From assembly GCA_018303405.1 (NCBI GenBank), contig JAGVYD010000009.1, forward strand, positions 64,856-128,855: a DNA stretch of 64,000 nt, read 5' to 3'. The notes under the pieces were generated by a model, which was not told where the DNA came from, ran no database searches, and was given only the letters and a program-made list of their open reading frames with translations. Source of the DNA: Candidatus Woesearchaeota archaeon. Its GTDB lineage: Archaea > Nanobdellota > Nanobdellia > Woesearchaeales > JABMPP01. Within the stretch, counting starts at the first letter, position 1, and the number at the start of each line of letters is the position of its first letter. The position numbers were made by a program, and so were the translations under genes. Below, piece by piece: positions 48,237-57,629 of this stretch.

Positions 48237-48781
48237 TTGAACAGGCTCCGGGTGTATTCAAGTCTGCGTTTTACATCCTCGACGCGCAATGGGACGTCTG
48301 TCATTGTTGTCTTCCCAATATAATCCAGCAGCTGCCACTGGGAAACGCCGAGCAGGTCAGCAGACTTGGCAATTGATATCCCATGCTCATAGAGCCGGCT
48401 GCCTTTCTTGATTCGGGCCTGCTGCACCACTTGCTCTATATATTTCCCGACTTTCAGATCCATGCGTGCAATATGCAGCATCATGTTCCGGACAGCCTTA
48501 TGGAAATTCTGCTCATGATTGGCCATGAGGAAATGGAGCATTTGGCTTATATGCGCATGGAGGCTTGGATGCAATTCCCCTGTGCGCTCATAGATTTTGG
48601 AAATTGAGTATACTATTACTGCAACTGATATTGAATCAGGGTCCTGGAAGATTGAGGCATTGTGGATTGTTGTATTGCTCAGTGCCTTAAGCTCAGAATA
48701 ATCTGTCTCATCCTTTGCCTCCAGGATTTTGACCACTTTGGATAGAGTTGATATCAAGTCAGTCCTAACTTGCGGGTGCAT
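48233..48781 (-). CDS. Helical protein with a C-terminal UPF0175-like HTH (PIN partner)
   Basis: LYEHGISIAKSADLLGVSQW; stop overlaps the PIN start (ATGA). Confidence 0.65.
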   Translation of the reverse strand: MHPQVRTDLISTLSKVVKILEAKDETDYSELKALSNTTIHNASIFQDPDSISVAVIVYSISKIYERTGELHPSLHAHISQMLHFLMANHEQNFHKAVRNMMLHIARMDLKVGKYIEQVVQQARIKKGSRLYEHGISIAKSADLLGVSQWQLLDYIGKTTMTDVPLRVEDVKRRLEYTRSLFK

Positions 48782-48893
48782 GGTTTTGCCATGGCTTTGG
48801 TATTATTTATTTTTATTGATATATTCCATGAGATACTACTTGATAATGACAACAATGCAAAGGTTTAAAAATAAGCATATATGGCTAGATCCC

Positions 48894-49964
48894 ATGACTT
48901 CAACAGATTACATATCAAGAGAGATGAATACGCCATCTGGCATAATCATACCTGTCCCCACTGCAATGCAAGATGGGAGAGCTGACAGGGAAAGCATTGC
49001 AAAGATTGTCACAAGCAACCCCCATGCAGCCGGCTACATGGCACATTCCTCCACAGGTGAAAAATGGAGGCTCGGCAATGCTGATTTGGACGAGGCAATG
49101 CGGGGCATTGTCGAAGGGATGAGCGAGCTGAAAACAAGAGGCGGAAGTGACAAGCCTTTATGGGTCATACTGACCACTCAAAATTTCATGGATGATAGAA
49201 AATTAGGATATTTGGCTGACAAATATACGAGGATGGGAGCTACGGCTGGTGTTGTTGTTCCACTGAAGCATAGAAGCAATGGTGGATTATTGCAGCGGGG
49301 GAATTACAGCAAACGGGGTATTCTGGAAGGGTCTTTTGGTGACATTAATGATTCTCCATTGGACATAATCCTTTATGATAATCCGGCCATAACACGTGGT
49401 GAAAGCCTGGATGCTGACACTCTCAAAATGATGCTGGATGCTGACAAAAACAATCGCATTGTCGGCATAAAGGTTTCAAACAACTATGACCAGATGAAAA
49501 GGCTGTCAAAGGCTTCAGAGGGTAAAATCAGGATTTATGCAGGGGGCGAGAACTTTGCCAGCCCTCATCTTGAAAATGGCCAGCTGGTGCAGGGAGCAGT
49601 GTCAGGATTTGCTCCTGTTGCATTTGATGTTGTGAATAATTATGTCAGGCATATTATGGAAGCCGACAGGGCAGGCATAGACCCCATGCACCGGGCATTT
49701 ATTCATAGTGCTTACGAGATGATGGGCCCTAATCGTGAAAAAGCCATTCCGGTAATAAAATACCTGCTCAAGGAACAGGGAATTATAGCGTCGGATGAAG
49801 TGGCAAGTGGCACTCCTGAGCTGACAAAAGAAGAGAAGCTGACACTGACCAGGCTGCTGGACAACCTGAAACAATATAACAGCCTTATTGCGAGGACCGA
49901 TAAAGCGCTGAAAAATGATTTGGTGGCCTCTGCGGGCTTAGCAACAAGAATCAGAAAATTATAA
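48894..49964 (+). CDS. Divergent dihydrodipicolinate synthase (DapA)-family aldolase
   Basis: SSTGE, ILYDNP, IVGIKVS (Schiff-base Lys), GAVSG; start refined using TTTAAAA upstream. Confidence 0.72.
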   Translation: MTSTDYISREMNTPSGIIIPVPTAMQDGRADRESIAKIVTSNPHAAGYMAHSSTGEKWRLGNADLDEAMRGIVEGMSELKTRGGSDKPLWVILTTQNFMDDRKLGYLADKYTRMGATAGVVVPLKHRSNGGLLQRGNYSKRGILEGSFGDINDSPLDIILYDNPAITRGESLDADTLKMMLDADKNNRIVGIKVSNNYDQMKRLSKASEGKIRIYAGGENFASPHLENGQLVQGAVSGFAPVAFDVVNNYVRHIMEADRAGIDPMHRAFIHSAYEMMGPNREKAIPVIKYLLKEQGIIASDEVASGTPELTKEEKLTLTRLLDNLKQYNSLIARTDKALKNDLVASAGLATRIRKL

Positions 49965-49982
49965 AATAAAAAATAAACCGGA

Positions 49983-50744
49983 TTAGATTCCGGCCAGCTT
50001 GTTCGAAAAGTTCTCCTTGATGAATTGCACCATCATGTCATTGCCTGCCAGCGTGTAGCATCGCAAGGCTGTGACAAAAAGGCTTTCCCTCAGGCATGTG
50101 TCGCCGAGCATTGACAGCTTGTCCTTGTCAGATGCAAGCTCATAAGCTTTTGCCGCATAGACAATTTGCCTGTCATCCAGGCACCTGTCGCCGACCTCAA
50201 CGAGCTTTGCAGCGTCATTGATGGCTGTGAAAACCTCGATGGCATAATCCCATTTGGCCTTGGCTAGGCAGTCGTCTCCAACTGACCTGAGCTTGTCAAC
50301 TGCGTTAAGTATGCGAAAGGCCTTGATTGCATCAAGGATGTGCCCATCCTCCAGGCACCTGTCGCCTAGTCTCTGCAGGCTGGGTGTATCGTCAGAAAGC
50401 CTGTAGACATCAATGGCATTCCCGACCTGGCCAAGCCTTTCATAATCCTGGCCAATGGCTGAAAGCCTTTTCTTGTTCGAAGACAAGATGAAAACCTTGA
50501 TGGCGTTATTCAATTCCCCTTTTCGCAGGTATTCTTCACCCAGGGCATCAAGCACTTTTTTCCTGGTTGTCTCATTGAACATTGAGAGGTTGACATTGTC
50601 AACTCCCTTTTCCAAGAGAACCGGAACTAGCTTCTTGAAAGTGTTGAAATCCTCACTCAGCTTTTTGTTCCTTGAAATCAATGGTTCGCTGGTCTCGGCC
50701 ATTTCCGTGACCATCCGCTTCACAATTTCATCATCTCTATCCAT
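49983..50744 (-). CDS. Alpha-solenoid repeat protein
   Basis: About six 29-aa repeats L..(L/V/I)GD.CL......A...(F/Y); GGTGAGG RBS. Confidence 0.78.
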   Translation of the reverse strand: MDRDDEIVKRMVTEMAETSEPLISRNKKLSEDFNTFKKLVPVLLEKGVDNVNLSMFNETTRKKVLDALGEEYLRKGELNNAIKVFILSSNKKRLSAIGQDYERLGQVGNAIDVYRLSDDTPSLQRLGDRCLEDGHILDAIKAFRILNAVDKLRSVGDDCLAKAKWDYAIEVFTAINDAAKLVEVGDRCLDDRQIVYAAKAYELASDKDKLSMLGDTCLRESLFVTALRCYTLAGNDMMVQFIKENFSNKLAGI

Positions 50745-50816
50745 TTGCCTCACCTTTGGGCAGCCTTGGAGGGCCAGTTCGGCCCCGGGCTGTGTTAAAT
50801 TAACTCACAGTTTTTT

Positions 50817-51899
50817 CTACAGGATTTCGATCTGCAGTTCATCGTCGTATGAAGCGGCAGCTGCCTGCTGCTTCTGCTTCCTTCGTCCATCATCCTTGCC
50901 AAGTATCCAGGGGGATTTAACTCCTGTGACAATTGTCATGATGGTCAGCTTGCCCTGCATATCATCGCTTACCCTGGCTCCCCAGATGACGTTTGCATCC
51001 TCATCGAGGTTTTCGGTGACGATTTCTCCGATCCTGTTGACTTCATCCAGTGTCATGTCCGGGCCGCCTTCAATGTGGATTAGCGCGCCTGTTGCACCTT
51101 CATATGAAACATCAAGCAATGGGTTGGACAAAGCGCCCTTGACTGCCTCATCCACCCTGTTCTTGGTGTCAGATGAGCCAATGCCAATGGTGGACACGCC
51201 GCCGTTTGTCATTATTGCCCTTACATCTGCATAATCAAGGTTGACTAGGCTTGGGACTGAAATTGTCTCGACAATGCCGCGGATCATTGTGGCAATGAGC
51301 TCATTGGCAATTGCAAAGGCCTGGCCTACTGGCAGGTTGCCTGCAATCTTGACGAGCCTGTTGTTGTCAACAACAACCACGGTATCTGAGAATTGCCTCA
51401 GCTGCTGCAATCCAAATTCAGCCTTGTCTATTCTTGCCCTTTCAATTTTGAACGGCATTGTCACTGTGCCAATGACGATTGAGCCTGTTTCCCTGGCAAC
51501 CTTTGCAACTACGGGAGCTGAGCCTGTTCCTGTTCCGCCTCCCATGCCTGCGCATACGAAGACGATATCAGATTTGTTCAGGACCTCCCTGATTTCATTC
51601 AATGTCTCTTCAGCTGATTTTTGCCCTTTTTCAGGGAATCCGCCACAGCCCAATCCTCTTGTAACATTGCGCCCAATGAGGAATTTTTTGTCTGCCTCAG
51701 AAATATCCAGATGCTGTTTGTCTGTGTTTATTGCTATGATTTCGGCTCCCTTGACGCCTTTCTTGTAGAGCCAGCTTACCATGTTGTTGCCTGCGCCCCC
51801 GCAGCCAATCACTCTGATAGTTGCTTGTCCAATACTGTTTTCTTGAGCCACCTTATCATTAGGCAGGCTCTTTAGTGCCTCTTTCACCAAAAAATCCAC
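50817..51899 (-). CDS. ftsZ: Cell division protein FtsZ (FtsZ2-like)
   Basis: GCGGAGNN, GMGGGTGTG, SLVNLDYADV; GTG start after GAGGTGA. Confidence 0.96.
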   Translation of the reverse strand: MDFLVKEALKSLPNDKVAQENSIGQATIRVIGCGGAGNNMVSWLYKKGVKGAEIIAINTDKQHLDISEADKKFLIGRNVTRGLGCGGFPEKGQKSAEETLNEIREVLNKSDIVFVCAGMGGGTGTGSAPVVAKVARETGSIVIGTVTMPFKIERARIDKAEFGLQQLRQFSDTVVVVDNNRLVKIAGNLPVGQAFAIANELIATMIRGIVETISVPSLVNLDYADVRAIMTNGGVSTIGIGSSDTKNRVDEAVKGALSNPLLDVSYEGATGALIHIEGGPDMTLDEVNRIGEIVTENLDEDANVIWGARVSDDMQGKLTIMTIVTGVKSPWILGKDDGRRKQKQQAAAASYDDELQIEIL

Positions 51900-52146
51900 T
51901 ATAATCACCTCGTGTCTTTGAAGAGTGCCATACTCCGGCTTTTCCTCTCCTACCGGATAAGTTGGCCTAGAGCAAGCACACCCTTTCCTGATGCGGTTTA
52001 ATATGAATAGATATACTAATATATAAATGTTACGATTTTGTATACTGGTTTAATATTCTGTAAGATTTTTAAATTATTTTCATATATAAAATGAAAAGGT
52101 TAATTCAGAACTTGCAGTGGAAACCGCATTTTAAGGTGAAAAAAGC

Positions 52147-52950
52147 CTAGACAACAAAAGTTTCTATGTAGGCAGCAACAAAAATCAGGACTGCCGCCAG
52201 CACCATGACAATAAGTGAATCTGTCAGGACATGGTGAAACCTTTTGGAAAAAAGCTTTTCACGAATCATGGCTTTTGACAGGATTCCACCGACGATAGCG
52301 GCTGCAAAATAACTCAAGGCTTCTGTGAACATGTGCGGGAATGAGGGAAGGAGAATGTGCGTAAATCCATAAAAAAGGTCATTGGCCTGGATTGACTGCC
52401 TGGACATGAAGCCAAACACCGCTCCCCATACAGATGCGTTCCAGTTAATGAACAGGATGGAGCCGGCGCCATAAACAAGCGACAGGAAAAATGACACAAC
52501 TAAAACAAGAAGATTGTTTCTGAGTATTTTCCAGAAAAAGGCATGCTCTGCCGAGGCTGCTGCACCAGTTATTCCTGCAACTTTCAGCTGCGGTGAAAAA
52601 TAGGACAAGGTGACCACATCAGGGAATACAAATGAAAAGAAAAGATATGTTGAAAATATCCCAAAGAACATGAATATGTAAATTTCAAAGATATCCTTAT
52701 GGTCCTTGAATAATAGTCTCAGGGAAAATTTCTTCTCCCTGACCTCCTGGTTCTCTTCTATGGCCAGGAGCTGGTTTAGGGAGGGGATGAGCAGGATTGA
52801 GGTAAAAGCGATGGACATTATTCCAACACTGGTGGGAAAAATCATTTTTGCGCTTATCAGGCCAATCAAAGAATACAAGAACCCAAGAAGGAAGGCGTAA
52901 TTTGGCTTCTTTTCTATGAATCGCAGCTTTATAAATTGCTCAAACACCAA
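52147..52950 (-). CDS. SpoIIM/DUF95 family membrane protein
   Basis: ILRNNL, NASVWG, FPHMFTE motifs. Confidence 0.8.
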   Translation of the reverse strand: MVFEQFIKLRFIEKKPNYAFLLGFLYSLIGLISAKMIFPTSVGIMSIAFTSILLIPSLNQLLAIEENQEVREKKFSLRLLFKDHKDIFEIYIFMFFGIFSTYLFFSFVFPDVVTLSYFSPQLKVAGITGAAASAEHAFFWKILRNNLLVLVVSFFLSLVYGAGSILFINWNASVWGAVFGFMSRQSIQANDLFYGFTHILLPSFPHMFTEALSYFAAAIVGGILSKAMIREKLFSKRFHHVLTDSLIVMVLAAVLIFVAAYIETFVV

Positions 52951-53139
52951 ATTTTCACCTCATTTTAATTTACTATTGAATATCCGCCAAGGAAAATTTC
53001 AGATGCACTGTGCATCCTTGATGTCAAAATTCATTCCGGGAATAAATAGTTTTCTATAGTGCTCGTTGGGGTCTTGCTAATGGGCTGCCTGGGAGTAATC
53101 GACAGCGGCGAAAGCACTATGGCTGGCTGTGCCAAGCCT

Positions 53140-54336
53140 TTAGCGGCCAGTGATTATCTCAATCACATCCCTGTGCTTGAGCAGGTAATCTTTTCCAACT
53201 GTTTGCTTCCGCTTTACATCGACAGCCCGTATAAAATGCTTGCCTATGTCGGTATGAAGCCGGAAGGCAAAGTCAAGGGCTGTTGAATTGGCTGGCATGA
53301 GAAAACAATCTGGGATAAAATTCCCGTGCTGGTCCTGGAGCTTGCCCACGCCTCCGGGAAAAATGGCGCAATAGCGGAGCAAATCAAAAATAGCGGAATC
53401 AAGTATCTGCTGCACCCCTGTGCCATTGTGATTGGCCATATAGCCCTTGATAAAATCCAGGGCTTTTTTCTGTGCGTCACTGAGGGGCACTGATTCTTTG
53501 ACAGCAAAGCCTGCTGACCCGGGGACATATGAAATCAGGTCATGTTTTGCAGCCTCCCGAAGTGCAAGCTCGCTTTCTGCGCTGCACGGCACAAACGTGT
53601 AATCAGGAAATTCCTTCTGCAGCATTTCAAAGTTTTTCTGGGATACTGAAACGTCCATCTTATTGCATGCAATTATCATTGGCTTGGTCAATTTTCTGAA
53701 AGCGGTTGCAAGACCCTTGAGTTCCATTGGCTGCCATGAAGAAGGGGTTTCCCTGTTGAGCTTATGGTCTTCAATGAGCCTGTCGGCCATTTCCTCAGTC
53801 ACGCCAAGGCCAGAAAGCTGCTTTGCTATGGCCTTGTGTATTTGCTGGTGCTCCTGCTGGATTTTCCTGGCAAACTTTTCCCAGCCGCGCTCAAGTATGC
53901 CATAGTACCACATGTCAATTTCTGTTTCAAGAAACCTGACATCATCCGCCGGGTTATGGCTGCCTGTCTCAACAGGCTCGCCGTGCGCATTAAGGCTTCC
54001 TGAAGTGTCAATGATATGTATAAGAACATCTGCCTGCCTTAAGTCATCCAAAAACTGGTTGCCCCTGCCCTTGCCAAGATGGGCATCAGGAACAAGGCCT
54101 GCTACATCTATAATCTGGACAGGCACGAAACGCATATGATTCGTGCAAAACCCTTCCCTGGGATTGCATTGCACATTAAATTCCTTGTCAACGCATTCCA
54201 CGCGGACATAGCCAATTCCTGTGTTAGGCTTGATGGTCGTAAACGGATAATTGGCAATGGCTGCCTCTGCCAAAGTCGCAGCCTTGAAAAAAGTGCTCTT
54301 CCCTGCGCTGGGCTTGCCCACCAGTCCAATTTGCAT
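53140..54336 (-). CDS. ychF: Archaeal YchF/Obg-family ATPase/GTPase
   Basis: GKPSAGKST, NYPFTTI, DVAGLV, GNQFLDDL, NKMD, TGS domain. Confidence 0.93.
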   Translation of the reverse strand: MQIGLVGKPSAGKSTFFKAATLAEAAIANYPFTTIKPNTGIGYVRVECVDKEFNVQCNPREGFCTNHMRFVPVQIIDVAGLVPDAHLGKGRGNQFLDDLRQADVLIHIIDTSGSLNAHGEPVETGSHNPADDVRFLETEIDMWYYGILERGWEKFARKIQQEHQQIHKAIAKQLSGLGVTEEMADRLIEDHKLNRETPSSWQPMELKGLATAFRKLTKPMIIACNKMDVSVSQKNFEMLQKEFPDYTFVPCSAESELALREAAKHDLISYVPGSAGFAVKESVPLSDAQKKALDFIKGYMANHNGTGVQQILDSAIFDLLRYCAIFPGGVGKLQDQHGNFIPDCFLMPANSTALDFAFRLHTDIGKHFIRAVDVKRKQTVGKDYLLKHRDVIEIITGR

Positions 54337-54442
54337 GGCTTTTAGAAAAGTGTGTGGATTAATAAGTTTATCATTTTGGCTTGGAACCATGGCCTACAGA
54401 AAATTTAATATACTGTTGGTAATAATATTGGTTGGGATATGA

Positions 54443-55039
54443 ATGGCTAAGCCAATACCATTGGGAATAACTGTAGCGCAGTATGAAGTCAAGCTACAGG
54501 AAAGGCCATTTAGCCTGAAGCACCTGTATTTGATGCTCCATGAATGGTTCATCGAGAAGCAGTATGTTGAAAGCGACAAGGACCCTGATTTTCCTGAAAT
54601 AATGTATTATGAGGCAAGGGGGCAGGAGCATGGCAAGGAAGTGTGGGTCAAGTGGAGATTCAAGCATGCGCCCCAGCACAACAAGTTCTACAGGCTGCTG
54701 TTGAATGTGGATTTGCACGGCCTTGGCCTGACTACTGTGGAAGTGGTGCAGGACAACAGGAAATTCAAAATGGAAAAGGGCGAATTCTGGGTTTCCTGCC
54801 AGGCGATTCTGGAAGTGGACTATGAGAACAAGTGGCGCAATCATCCGCTGCTAAGGCATTTCCTGACAACATTCTGGAAACGATTTATATGGAAAGACCT
54901 GGAAAAACACAGGCATCATTTGCTAATGGATGCATACGAACTGCAGAATCTGGTCAAGGAATTCCTGGAAATCAAGAGGCCCATTGCGCACACAAAGCCT
55001 TATTTTGCGCCAAGAGGGTTGAAGACTCAGATTGAATAG
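54443..55039 (+). CDS. Hypothetical protein
   Basis: 198-aa ORF with host-like codon usage. Confidence 0.78.
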   Translation: MAKPIPLGITVAQYEVKLQERPFSLKHLYLMLHEWFIEKQYVESDKDPDFPEIMYYEARGQEHGKEVWVKWRFKHAPQHNKFYRLLLNVDLHGLGLTTVEVVQDNRKFKMEKGEFWVSCQAILEVDYENKWRNHPLLRHFLTTFWKRFIWKDLEKHRHHLLMDAYELQNLVKEFLEIKRPIAHTKPYFAPRGLKTQIE

Positions 55040-55162
55040 GGAATGTTCAACCCGGCTTGCGGCTCAAAAGTTTTATAAAGCGCCATCCTTCTCTCAGACA
55101 CGGATTAATGGCTTGGATTTGGACTTTCCCTGATTTTTCAGCAATTTTTTGCCAAAAAAATT

Positions 55163-55235
55163 GCCTCCGTAGCATAGTAGCTATTGCGCTTGCCTTGTAA
55201 GCAGGAGGTCGAGGGTGCAACTCCCTCCGGAGGCT
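55163..55235 (+). tRNA. tRNA-Thr(TGT)
   Basis: Acceptor GCCTCCG/CGGAGGC, anticodon arm CTTGC-CT TGT AA-GCAGG, T arm GAGGG-TGCAACT-CCCTC. Confidence 0.92.
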
Positions 55236-55333
55236 TAAATGCTTATAGAAATCCAAGGAATATTGTCAATAAAATTTAGATTGGTTTCATGAAAATGAAT
55301 TTCAAAGCCTATTCAAGAGGATATAATGCCTGC

Positions 55334-55426
55334 TTATTCACAGCAGCAGCATGAGCACGATTCCTTGCTGCCCTTTTCCTTCATGCTTTTTTTCTTGGAA
55401 GCTGGCTTCTTTGCATTCTTATCCAT
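55334..55426 (-). CDS. 30-aa Lys-rich peptide with a Cys-rich tail
   Basis: Manual translation MDKNAKKPASKKKSMKEKGSKESCSCCCCE after a GAGGTGA RBS. Confidence 0.6.
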   Translation of the reverse strand: MDKNAKKPASKKKSMKEKGSKESCSCCCCE

Positions 55427-55598
55427 AATTTCACCTCGCAATTATTGGCTGGCGGTAAGCTATTTATTATTTTGCCTTATGATTAAAACAATAACTTGAT
55501 ACGAAGGGATACCCGCGCGATCTGGAACCCCCTCGCTGGCCACTTGGTTTATGGACTAAATGACAATTAATATATATCACAAGCAAATACTCAAAAGC

Positions 55599-56396
55599 AT
55601 GATTAATGACAGGCTTGAAAGGGCATTGGCAGCGTATGACAAGAAGGATATTGATGCCAGCAAAAAGGCCCATGAAAAAGGGGTAATCGAGAAAAGCCTT
55701 CATGGAAAAAGCTTTGGCGGCAAATATATAGGTGATTTTGTTTATGGCGGCCTGGATGGCACTGTAACAACATTTGCCATTGTATCCGCGGTCCAGGGCG
55801 CTGCCCTGAATCCAGGGATCGTCATCATCATGGGTTTTGCCAACCTGCTTGCTGACGGATTTTCAATGGCAACCGGCAATTACCTTTCGACCAAGGCCGA
55901 GCTTGAATTCCAAAATGAGGAAAGAAAAAGGGAAGAATGGGAAATTGAGCATGTGCCGGATGGAGAACGCGAGGAAATAAGGCAGATATACAAAAAGAAG
56001 GGGTTTAAAGGCAAAGACCTTGACAAGGCAGTGGGTATTATCACTTCCGACAAGAAAATCTGGGTTGACACAATGATGATGGAAGAGCTGCACTTTTCGC
56101 CTACGGAAAAGCGGCCATGGCAAAGCGCACTTGCCACCTTCTCGGCATTCATACTGGCAGGGTTTGTGCCAATATTGTCATTTGTGATGGCCAAATTCTT
56201 TCCTGGCCTGATGCCAAATGTTTTCGGCATTTCGGTGTTCCTGACGGGATTAATTTTATTTTTGGTCGGAAGCGCCAAAGTCATGGTAACAAAGCGAAAT
56301 TGGTTCAGGAGCGGAATTGAAATGCTAATTGTCGGAGGGCTGGCTGCATCTGTTGCCTATTTTGTGGGATATTTCTTAAAAGGAATGGGAGTATAG
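55599..56396 (+). CDS. VIT1/CCC1 Fe/Mn transporter
   Basis: FVYGGLDG, LADGFSMATGNYLS, EREEIRQIY, MMEEL. Confidence 0.93.
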   Translation: MINDRLERALAAYDKKDIDASKKAHEKGVIEKSLHGKSFGGKYIGDFVYGGLDGTVTTFAIVSAVQGAALNPGIVIIMGFANLLADGFSMATGNYLSTKAELEFQNEERKREEWEIEHVPDGEREEIRQIYKKKGFKGKDLDKAVGIITSDKKIWVDTMMMEELHFSPTEKRPWQSALATFSAFILAGFVPILSFVMAKFFPGLMPNVFGISVFLTGLILFLVGSAKVMVTKRNWFRSGIEMLIVGGLAASVAYFVGYFLKGMGV

Positions 56397-56461
56397 GTGC
56401 ACATGCCAGGCAACGACCTGCAAGGAAAGACTTTTTAAACAGGTATTGCAACCTGTAAATC

Positions 56462-56932
56462 ATGCCCGACAAAACAGACCCAAAAAAGACATATGCTCTG
56501 CTGGAAAAGAAGTACAGGTTGCCAGATTACAGTTTTCTGCAGCAGAATTTTGACATTGACATGATAGAGCCGGAACGCTTAACCCTGAGGGAAGTCAGGA
56601 GAAAAATGCACGAGAAAATAGAATGGATAGCAAAAGTCCTGGAGTCCTGGCTTCAGCCCGACACCAACCTTCAAAACCTGTATGAGGTTGGCATATTTAA
56701 TGAAGAGGACAAGAAAAAGGTTTATCTCATTTACAAGGAGCTAATGTCTTTGCATTCTTCATCCCTTATCCTGGAAATCCAGGGGAATGATGAGCTCAAT
56801 GCAGAGTTTATACGCGATTTTGGAGACAGATGGAAAATACTGAGGACACAGGTATTGAAATATTTTGAGAATGTCAAGATTGGATGGAACAAAGAGTCAC
56901 AAATAGAGGAAAAACTGGGTTATTTTGGCTAG
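56462..56932 (+). CDS. Hypothetical helical protein
   Basis: 156-aa ORF after a TTTTTAAA promoter, upstream of adk. Confidence 0.75.
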   Translation: MPDKTDPKKTYALLEKKYRLPDYSFLQQNFDIDMIEPERLTLREVRRKMHEKIEWIAKVLESWLQPDTNLQNLYEVGIFNEEDKKKVYLIYKELMSLHSSSLILEIQGNDELNAEFIRDFGDRWKILRTQVLKYFENVKIGWNKESQIEEKLGYFG

Positions 56933-56953
56933 TGCATTTTTTGAGGTGCAAAG

Positions 56954-57589
56954 ATGGCAGGGATTATTCTTTTGGGACCACAGGGCTGTGGCAAAGGCAC
57001 CCAGGCTGAACTGCTGGTAGAGAAGATGGGCATTCCGTATATCTCCACAGGGAATATCCTCCGTGAAAATATCCAAAAATCCACCCAACTGGGGCTCGAA
57101 GCCAACAAGTTTGTAAAGGAAGGGAAACTGGTTCCTGATAGCGTTGTGATAGGCATAGTCAGGGACAGGCTCTCAATGGATGACTGCAAAGATGGCTTCC
57201 TGCTGGATGGCTTTCCGAGGAACCTGAGCCAGTCCAAGTCCCTTTCAGATATTGCAAAAATAGATGCCCTGATAGAAATAGACATTTCTGATGCTGAGGC
57301 AATAAGGAGGATATCAGGGAGAAGAACCTGCAAATGCGGCGCTGTTTACCATACGGCCTACAATCCGCCGAAAAAGAGGGATGTGTGCGATAAGTGTGGA
57401 GGCAGGCTCTACCAAAGGGAAGATGACAAAGAAGAAGCCATCAGGAAAAGGCTCGAGATTTATCACAAAGATACAAAGCCACTGACAGATTTCTATAAGG
57501 AAGTGCACATCAAAATCAATGGCGAGCAGGCAATTGAAGATGTTTTTGAGGACATTATAAGCCAGCTCAAACTGAAAAAATTGATATGA
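56954..57589 (+). CDS. adk: Adenylate kinase (long type with zinc lid)
   Basis: GPQGCGKGTQA, STGNILR, LDGFPR, CKCG..CDKCG lid, QREDD. Confidence 0.96.
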   Translation: MAGIILLGPQGCGKGTQAELLVEKMGIPYISTGNILRENIQKSTQLGLEANKFVKEGKLVPDSVVIGIVRDRLSMDDCKDGFLLDGFPRNLSQSKSLSDIAKIDALIEIDISDAEAIRRISGRRTCKCGAVYHTAYNPPKKRDVCDKCGGRLYQREDDKEEAIRKRLEIYHKDTKPLTDFYKEVHIKINGEQAIEDVFEDIISQLKLKKLI

Positions 57590-57629
57590 GGAGCAGCCAT
57601 CTGCCCCACGGGACTTATTCAAGGGACCA

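Noticed and set aside
50455..51768. Long plus-strand ORFs (259 and 175 aa)
   Set aside because: Antisense shadows of ftsZ and its neighbour. The same applies to 25771-26490 and 34327-34992.
51905..52000. cdrS gene or riboswitch upstream of ftsZ2
   Set aside because: No ribbon-helix-helix ORF fits; only a short GCCA/TCCGG stem, too weak to call.
52111..52124. TTGCAGTGGAAAC resembling an archaeal ORB box in an AT-rich gap
   Set aside because: Single imperfect copy, no G-string and no cdc6/orc1 nearby.
4163..57589. Two adenylate kinases as a novelty
   Set aside because: AK6/Fap7-like and Adk are distinct known families that commonly coexist.
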